Positions 25,591 through 34,500 of a DNA stretch of 64,000 nt are shown in pieces. Where the stretch lies: positions 1,798,001 to 1,862,000 of the forward strand of contig OZ024751.1 in NCBI GenBank assembly GCA_964016885.1. The letters are read 5' to 3'. Each line of letters starts with the position of its first letter. Position 1 is the first letter of the stretch. The notes below the pieces were generated by a model. That model was given only the letters and a program-made list of their open reading frames with translations, did not search any database and had not been told where the DNA came from. A program made the position numbers and the translations under genes. This stretch comes from Eledone cirrhosa (taxonomy: Eukaryota).

Positions 25591-28500
25591 GTGTTGTTGG
25601 TGTTACTGTTGTTGGTGTAGTTGGTGTTACTGTTGTTGGTGTTGTTGGTGTTAGTGTTGTTGGTGTTACTGTTGTTGATGTTATTAGTGTTACTGTTGTT
25701 GGTGTTGGTGGTGTTACTGTTGTTGGTGTTGTTGGTGTTACTGTTATTGGTGTTACTATTGTTGGTGTTGGTGGTGTGACTGTTGTTGGTGTTGTTGGTG
25801 TTACTGTTGTTGGTGTTGTTAGTGTTACTGTTGTTGGTGTTGTTAGTGTTACTGTTGTTGGTGTTGTTGGTGTTACTGTTGTTGGTGTTGTTAGTGTTAC
25901 TGTTGTTGGTGTTGTTATTGTTACTGTTGTTGGTGTTGCTGGTATTACTGTTGTTGGTGTTGTTGGTGTTACTGTTGTTGGTGTTGTTGGTGTTACTGTT
26001 GTTGGTGTTGTTGGTGTTACTGTTGTTGGTGTTATTAGTGTTACTGTTGTTGGTGTTGTTAATGTTACTGTTGTTGATGTTGTTGGTGTTACTGTTGTTG
26101 GTGTTGTTGGTGTTACTGTTGTTGGTGTTGTTGGTGTTACTGTTGTTGGTGTTGTTAGTGTTACTGTTGTTGGTGTTGTTAGTGTTACTGTTGTCGGTGT
26201 TGTTGGTGTTACTGTTGTTGGTGTTGTTGTTGTTACTGTTGTTGGTGTTGTTAGTGTTACTGTTGTTGGTGTTGTTAGTGTTACTGTTGTTGGTGTTGTT
26301 GGTGTTACTGTTGTTGGTGTTGTTGGTGTTACTGTTGTTGGTTTTATTAGTGTTACTGTTGTTGGTGTTGTTTGTGTTACTGTTGTTGGTGTTGTTGGTG
26401 TTACTGTTGTTGGTGTTATTGGTGTTACTGTTGTTGGTGTTGTTGGTGTTACTGTTGTTGGTGTTGTTGGTGTTAGTGTTGTTGGTGTTGTTAGTGTTAC
26501 TGTTGTTGGTGTTGTTGGTGTTACTGTTGTTGGTGTTACTGTTGTTGGTGTTGTTTTTGTTGGTGTTGATGGTGTTGGCGTTACTGTTGTTGGTGTTGTT
26601 GGTGTTACGGCTGTTGGTGTTGTTGGTGTTACTGTTGTTGGCGTTGTTAGTGTTACTGTTGTTGGTGTTGTTGGTGTTACTGTTGTTGGTGTTGTTGGTG
26701 TTACTGTTGTTGGTGTTGTTGGTGTTACTGTTGTTGGTGTTGTTAGTGTTACTGTTGTTGGTGTTGTTGGTGTTACTGTTGTTGGTGTTGTTAGTGTTAC
26801 TGTTGTTGGTGTTGTTAGTGTTACTGTTGTTGGTGTTATTGGTGTTACTGTTGTTGGTGTTGTTGGTGTTACTGTTGTTGGTGTTGTTGGTGTTACTGTT
26901 GTTGGTGTTGTTAGTATTAATGTTGTTGGTGTCGTTGGTGTTACTGTTGTTGGTGTTGGTGGTGTTACTGTTGTTGGTGTTGTTGGTGTTACTGTTGTTG
27001 GTGTTGTTGGTGTTACTGTTGTTTGTGTTATTGGTGTTACTGTTGTTGGTGTTGTTGGTGTTGTTTGTGTTACTGTTGTTGGTGTTGTTGGTGTTACTGG
27101 TATTGGTGTTGTTGGTGTTACTGTTGTTGGTGTTGTTGGTGTTACTGTTGTTGGTGTTGTTAGTATTAATGTTGTTGGTGTCGTTGGTGTTACTGTTGTT
27201 GGTGTTGTTGGTGTTGCTGTTGTTGGTGTTGTTTGTGTTACTGTTGTTGGTGTTGTTGGTGTTACTGTTGTTGGTGTTGTTTTTGTTGGTGTTGGTGGTG
27301 TTACTGTTGTTGGAGTTGTTGGTGTTACTGCTGTTGGTGTTGTTGGTGTTACTGTTGTTGGTGTTGTTGGTGTTACTGTTGTTGGTGTTGTTTTTCTTGG
27401 TGATGGTGGTGTTACTGTTGTTGGAGCTGTTGGTGTTACTGTTGTTGGAGTTGTTGGTGTTACTGTTGTTGGTGTTGTTGGTGTTAGTGTTGGTATTGTT
27501 TTTGTTGGTGTTGGTGGTGTTACTGTTGTTGGAGTTGTTGGTGTTACTGTTGTTGGTGTTGTTGGTGTTACAGTTGTTGGTGTTGTTGGTGTTACTGTTG
27601 TTGGTGTTGTTGGTGTTACTGTTGTTGGTGTTGTTGGTGTTACTGTTGTTGGTGTTGTTGGTGTTACTGTTGTTGGTGTTGGTGGTGTTACTGTTGTTGG
27701 TGTTGTTGGTGTTACTGTTATTGGTGTTACTGTTGTTGGTGTTGGTGGTGTGACTGTTGTTGTTGTTGTTGGTGTTACTGTTGTTGGTGTTGTTAGTGTT
27801 ACTGTTGTTGGTGTTGGTAGTGTTACTGTTGTTGGTGTTGTTGGTGTTACTGTTGTTGGTGTTGTTAGTGTTGCTGTTGTTGGTGTTGTTATTGTTACTG
27901 TTGTTGGTGTTGCTGGTGTTACTGTTGTTGGTGTTGTTAGTGTTACTGTTGTCGGTGTTGTTGGTGTTACTGTTGTTGGTGTTGTTGGTGTTACTGTTGT
28001 TGGTGTTGTTAGTGTTACTGTTGTTGGTGTTGTTAGTGTTACTGTTGTTGGTGTTGTTGGTGTTACTGTTGTTGGTGTTGTTGGTGTTACTGTTGTTGGT
28101 GTTATTAGTGTTACTGTTGTTGGTGTTACTGTTGTTGGTGTTGTTGGTGTTGTTGGTGTTACTGTTGTTGGTGTTGTTGGTGTTACTGTTGTTGGTGTTG
28201 TTGGTGTTACTGTTGTTGGTGTTGTTAGTGTTACTGTTGTTGGTGTTACTGTTGTTGGTGTTACTGTTGTTGGTGTTGATTTTGTTGGTGTTGATGGTGT
28301 TGGTGTTACTGTTGTTGGTGTTGTTGGTGTTACGGCTGTTGGTTTTGTTGGTGTTACTGTTGTTGGTGTTGTTAGTGTTACTGTTGTTGGTGTTACTGTT
28401 GTTGGTGTTGTTGGTGTTGTTGGTGTTACTGTTGTTGGTGTTGTTGGTGTTACTGTTGTTGGTGTTGTTAGTGTTACTGTTGTCGGTGTTGTTGGTGTTA

Positions 28501-31500
28501 CTGTTGTTGGTGTTGTTGGTGTTACTGTTGTTGGTGTTGTTGGTGTTACTGTTGTTGGTGTTGTTAGTGTTACTGTTGTTGGTGTTACTGTTGTTGGTGT
28601 TGTTGGTGTTGTTGGTGTTACTGTTGTTGGTGTTGTTGGTGTTACTGTTGTTGGTGTTGTTAGTGTTACTGTTGTCGGTGTTGTTGGTGTTACTGTTGTT
28701 GGTGTTGTTGGTGTTACTGTTGTTGGTGTTGTTAGTGTTACTGTTGTTGGTGTTGTTAGTGTTACTTTTGTTGGTGTTGTTGGTGTTACTGTTGTTGGTG
28801 TTGTTGGTGTTACTGTTGTTGGTGTTATTAGTGTTACTGTTGTTGGTGTTACTGTTGTTGGTGTTGTTGGTGTTGTTGGTGTTACTGTTGTTGGTGTTGT
28901 TAGTGTTACTGTTGTCGGTGTTGTTGGTGTTACTGTTGTTGGTGTTGTTAGTGTTACTGTTGTCGGTGTTGTTGGTGTTACTGTTGTTGGTGTTGTTAGT
29001 GTTACTGTTGTTGGTGTTACTGTTGTTGGTGTTACTGTTGTTGGTGTTGATTTTGTTGGTGTTGATGGTGTTGGTGTTACTGTTGTTGGTGTTGTTGGTG
29101 TTACGGCTGTTGGTTTTGTTGGTGTTACTGTTGTTGGTGTTGTTAGTGTTACTGTTGTTGGTGTTACTGTTGTTGGTGTTGTTGGTGTTGTTGGTGTTAC
29201 TGTTGTTGGTGTTGTTGGTGTTACTGTTGTTGGTGTTATTAGTGTTACTGTTGTTGGTGTTACTGTTGTTGGTGTTGTTGGTGTTGTTGGTGTTACTGTT
29301 GTTGGTGTTGTTAGTGTTACTGTTGTCGGTGTTGTTGGTGTTACTGTTGTTGGTGTTGTTAGTGTTACTGTTGTTGGTGTTACTGTTGTTGGTGTTACTG
29401 TTGTTGGTGTTGATTTTGTTGGTGTTGATGGTGTTGGTGTTACTGTTGTTGGTGTTGTTGGTGTTACGGCTGTTGGTTTTGTTGGTGTTACTGTTGTTGG
29501 TGTTGTTAGTGTTACTGTTGTTGGTGTTACTGTTGTTGGTGTTGTTGGTGTTGTTGGTGTTACTGTTGTTGGTGTTGTTGGTGTTACTGTTGTTGGTGTT
29601 GTTAGTGTTACTGTTGTCGGTGTTGTTGGTGTTACTGTTGTTGGTGTTGTTGGTGTTACTGTTGTTGGTGTTGTTAGTGTTACTGTTGTTGGTGTTGTTA
29701 GTGTTACTGTTGTTGGTGTTGTTGGTGTTACTGTTGTTGGTGTTGTTGGTGTTACTGTTGTTGGTGTTATTAGTGTTACTGTTGTTGGTGTTACTGTTGT
29801 TGGTGTTGTTGGTGTTGTTGGTGTTACTGTTGTTGGTGTTGTTGGTGTTACTGTTGTTGGTGTTGTTGGTGTTACTGTTGTTGGTGTTGTTAGTGTTACT
29901 GTTGTTGGTGTTACTGTTGTTGGTGTTACTGTTGTTGGTGTTGATTTTGTTGGTGTTGATGGTGTTGGTGTTACTGTTGTTGGTGTTGTTGGTGTTACGG
30001 CTGTTGGTTTTGTTGGTGTTACTGTTGTTGGTGTTGTTAATGTTACTGTTGTTGGTGTTACTGTTGTTGGTGTTGTTGGTGTTGTTGGTGTTACTGTTGT
30101 TGGTGTTGTTGGTGTTACTGTTGTTGGTGTTGTTAGTGTTACTGTTGTCGGTGTTGTTGGTGTTACTGTTGTTGGTGTTGTTGGTGTTACTGTTGTTGGT
30201 GTTGTTGGTGTTACTGTTGTTGGTGTTGTTAGTGTTACTGTTGTTGGTGTTACTGTTGTTGGTGTTGTTGGTGTTGTTGGTTTTACTGTTGTTGGTGTTG
30301 TTGGTGTTACTGTTGTTGGTGTTGTTAGTGTTACTGTTGTCGGTGTTGTTGGTGTTACTGTTGTTGGTGTTGTTGGTGTTACTGTTGTTGGTGTTGTTAG
30401 TGTTACTGTTGTTGGTGTTGTTAGTGTTACTGTTGTTGGTGTTGTTGGTGTTACTGTTGTTGGTGTTGTTGGTGTTACTGTTGTTGGTGTTATTAGTGTT
30501 ACTGTTGTTGGTGTTACTGTTGTTGGTGTTGTTGGTGTTGTTGGTGTTACTGTTGTTGGTGTTGTTAGTGTTACTGTTGTCGGTGTTGTTGGTGTTACTG
30601 TTGTTGGTGTTGTTGGTGTTACTGTTGTTGGTGTTGTTAGTGTTACTGTTGTTGGTGTTGTTAGTGTTACTGTTGTTGGTGTTACTGTTGTTGGTGTTGT
30701 TGGTGTTACTGTTGTTGGTGTTATTAGTGTTACTGTTGTTGGTGTTGTTTGTGTTACTGTTGTTGGTGTTGTCGGTGTTACTGTTGTTGGTGTTATTGGT
30801 GTTACTGTTGTTGGTGTTGTTGGTGTTACTGTTGTTGGTGTTGTTGGTGTTACTGTTGTTGGTGTTGTTAGTGTTACTGTTGTTGGTGTTACTGTTGTTG
30901 GTGTTACTGTTGTTGGTGTTGATTTTGTTGGTGTTGATGGTGTTGGTGTTACTATTGTTGATGTTATTAGTGTTACTGTTGTTGGTGTTGGTGGTGTTAC
31001 TGTTGTTGGTGTTGTTAGTGTTACTGTTGTTGGTGTTGTTGGTGTTACTGTTGTTGGTGTTGTTAGTGTTACTGTTGTTGGTGTTGTTTGTGTTAATGTT
31101 GTTGGTGTTGTTGTTGTTACTGTTCTGGTGTTGTTGGTGTTACTGTTGTTGGTGTTGTTCTGTTACTGCTTTGGTGTTGTTGGTGTTACTGTTGTTGGTG
31201 TAGTTGGTGTTACTGTTGTTGGTGTTGTTGGTGTTAGTGTTGTTGGTGTTACTGTTGTTGATGTTATTAGTGTTACTGTTGTTGGTGTTGGTGGTGTTAC
31301 TGTTGTTGGTGTTGTTGGTGTTACTGTTATTGGTGTTACTATTGTTGGTGTTGGTGGTGTGACTGTTGTTGGTGTTGTTGGTGTTACTGTTGTTGGTGTT
31401 GTTAGTGTTACTGTTGTTGGTGTTGTTAGTGTTACTGTTGTTGGTGTTGTTGGTGTTACTGTTGTTGGTGTTGTTAGTGTTACTGTTGTTGGTGTTGTTA

Positions 31501-34500
31501 TTGTTACTGTTGTTGGTGTTGCTGGTATTACTGTTGTTGGTGTTGTTGGTGTTACTGTTGTTGGTGTTGTTGGTGTTACTGTTGTTGGTGTTGTTGGTGT
31601 TACTGTTGTTGGTGTTATTAGTGTTACTGTTGTTGGTGTTGTTAGTGTTACTGTTGTTGATGTTGTTGGTGTTACTGTTGTTGGTGTTGTTGGTGTTACT
31701 GTTGTTGGTGTTGTTGGTGTTACTGTTGTTGGTGTTGTTAGTGTTACTGTTGTTGGTGTTGTTAGTGTTACTGTTGTCGGTGTTGTTGGTGTTACTGTTG
31801 TTGGTGTTGTTGTTGTTACTGTTGTTGGTGTTGTTAGTGTTACTGTTGTTGGTGTTGTTAGTGTTACTGTTGTTGGTGTTGTTGGTGTTACTGTTGTTGG
31901 TGTTGTTGGTGTTACTGTTGTTGGTGTTATTAGTGTTACTGTTGTTGGTGTTGTTTGTGTTACTGTTGTTGGTGTTGTTGGTGTTACTGTTGTTGGTGTT
32001 ATTGGTGTTACTGTTGTTGGTGTTGTTGGTGTTACTGTTGTTGGTGTTGTTGGTGTTAGTGTTGTTGGTGTTATTAGTGTTACTGTTGTTGGTGTTGTTG
32101 GTGTTACTGTTGTTGGTGTTACTGTTGTTGGTGTTGTTTTTGTTGGTGTTGATGGTGTTGGCGTTACTGTTGTTGGTGTTGTTGGTGTTACGGCTGTTGG
32201 TGTTGTTGGTGTTACTGTTGTTGGTGTTGTTAGTGTTACTGTTGTTGGTGTTGTTGGTGTTACTGTTGTTGGTGTTGTTGGTGTTACTGTTGTTGGTGTT
32301 GTTGGTGTTACTGTTGTTGGTGTTGTTAGTGTTACTGTTGTTGGTGTTGTTGGTGTTACTGTTGTTGGTGTTGTTAGTGTTACTGTTGTTGGTGTTGTTA
32401 GTGTTACTGTTGTTGGTGTTATTGGTGTTACTGTTGTTGGTGTTGTTGGTGTTACTGTTGTTGGTGTTGTTGGTGTTACTGTTGTTGGTGTTGTTAGTAT
32501 TAATGTTGTTGGTGTCGTTGGTGTTACTGTTGTTGGTGTTGGTGGTGTTACTGTTGTTGGTGTTGTTGGTGTTACTGTTGTTGGTGTTGTTGGTGTTACT
32601 GTTGTTTGTGTTATTGGTGTTACTGTTGTTGGTGTTGTTGGTGTTGTTTGTGTTACTGTTGTTGGTGTTGTTGGTGTTACTGGTATTGGTGTTGTTGGTG
32701 TTACTGTTGTTGGTGTTGTTGGTGTTACTGTTGTTGGTGTTGTTAGTATTAATGTTGTTGGTGTCGTTGGTGTTACTGTTGTTGGTGTTGTTGGTGTTGC
32801 TGTTGTTGGTGTTGTTTGTGTTACTGTTGTTGGTGTTGTTGGTGTTACTGTTGTTGGTGTTGTTTTTGTTGGTGTTGGTGGTGTTACTGTTGTTGGAGTT
32901 GTTGGTGTTACTGCTGTTGGTGTTGTTGGTGTTACTGTTGTTGGTGTTGTTGGTGTTACTGTTGTTGGTGTTGTTTTTCTTGGTGATGGTGGTGTTACTG
33001 TTGTTGGAGCTGTTGGTGTTACTGTTGTTGGAGTTGTTGGTGTTACTGTTGTTGGTGTTGTTGGTGTTACTGTTGGTATTGTTTTTGTTGGTGTTGGTGG
33101 TGTTACTGTTGTTGGAGTTGTTGGTGTTACTGTTGTTGGTGTTGTTGGTGTTACAGTTGTTGGTGTTGTTGGTGTTACTGTTGTTGGTGTTGTTGGTGTT
33201 ACTGTTGTTGGTGTTGTTGGTGTTACTGTTGTTGGTGTTGTTGGTGTTACTGTTGTTGGTGTTGGTGGTGTTACTGTTGTTGGTGTTGTTGGTGTTACTG
33301 TTATTTGTGTTACTGTTGTTGGTGTTGGTGGTGTGACTGTTGTTGTTGTTGTTGGTGTTACTGTTGTTGGTGTTGTTAGTGTTACTGTTGTTGGTGTTGG
33401 TAGTGTTACTGTTGTTGGTGTTGTTGGTGTTACTGTTGTTGGTGTTGTTAGTGTTGCTGTTGTTGGTGTTGTTATTGTTACTGTTGTTGGTGTTGCTGGT
33501 GTTACTGTTGTTGGTGTTGTTAGTGTTACTGTTGTCGGTGTTGTTGGTGTTACTGTTGTTGGTGTTGTTGGTGTTACTGTTGTTGGTGTTGTTAGTGTTA
33601 CTGTTGTTGGTGTTGTTAGTGTTACTGTTGTTGGTGTTGTTGGTGTTACTGTTGTTGGTGTTGTTGGTGTTACTGTTGTTGGTGTTATTAGTGTTACTGT
33701 TGTTGGTGTTACTGTTGTTGGTGTTGTTGGTGTTGTTGGTGTTACTGTTGTTGGTGTTGTTGGTGTTACTGTTGTTGGTGTTGTTGGTGTTACTGTTGTT
33801 GGTGTTGTTAGTGTTACTGTTGTTGGTGTTACTGTTGTTGGTGTTACTGTTGTTGGTGTTGATTTTGTTGGTGTTGATGGTGTTGGTGTTACTGTTGTTG
33901 GTGTTGTTGGTGTTACGGCTGTTGGTTTTGTTGGTGTTACTGTTGTTGGTGTTGTTAGTGTTACTGTTGTTGGTGTTACTGTTGTTGGTGTTGTTGGTGT
34001 TGTTGGTGTTACTGTTGTTGGTGTTGTTGGTGTTACTGTTGTTGGTGTTGTTAGTGTTACTGTTGTCGGTGTTGTTGGTGTTACTGTTGTTGGTGTTGTT
34101 GGTGTTACTGTTGTTGGTGTTGTTGGTGTTACTGTTGTTGGTGTTGTTAGTGTTACTGTTGTTGGTGTTACTGTTGTTGGTGTTGTTGGTGTTGTTGGTG
34201 TTACTGTTGTTGGTGTTGTTGGTGTTACTGTTGTTGGTGTTGTTAGTGTTACTGTTGTCGGTGTTGTTGGTGTTACTGTTGTTGGTGTTGTTGGTGTTAC
34301 TGTTGTTGGTGTTGTTAGTGTTACTGTTGTTGGTGTTGTTAGTGTTACTGTTGTTGGTGTTGTTGGTGTTACTGTTGTTGGTGTTGTTGGTGTTACTGTT
34401 GTTGGTGTTATTAGTGTTACTGTTGTTGGTGTTACTGTTGTTGGTGTTGTTGGTGTTGTTGGTGTTACTGTTGTTGGTGTTGTTAGTGTTACTGTTGTCG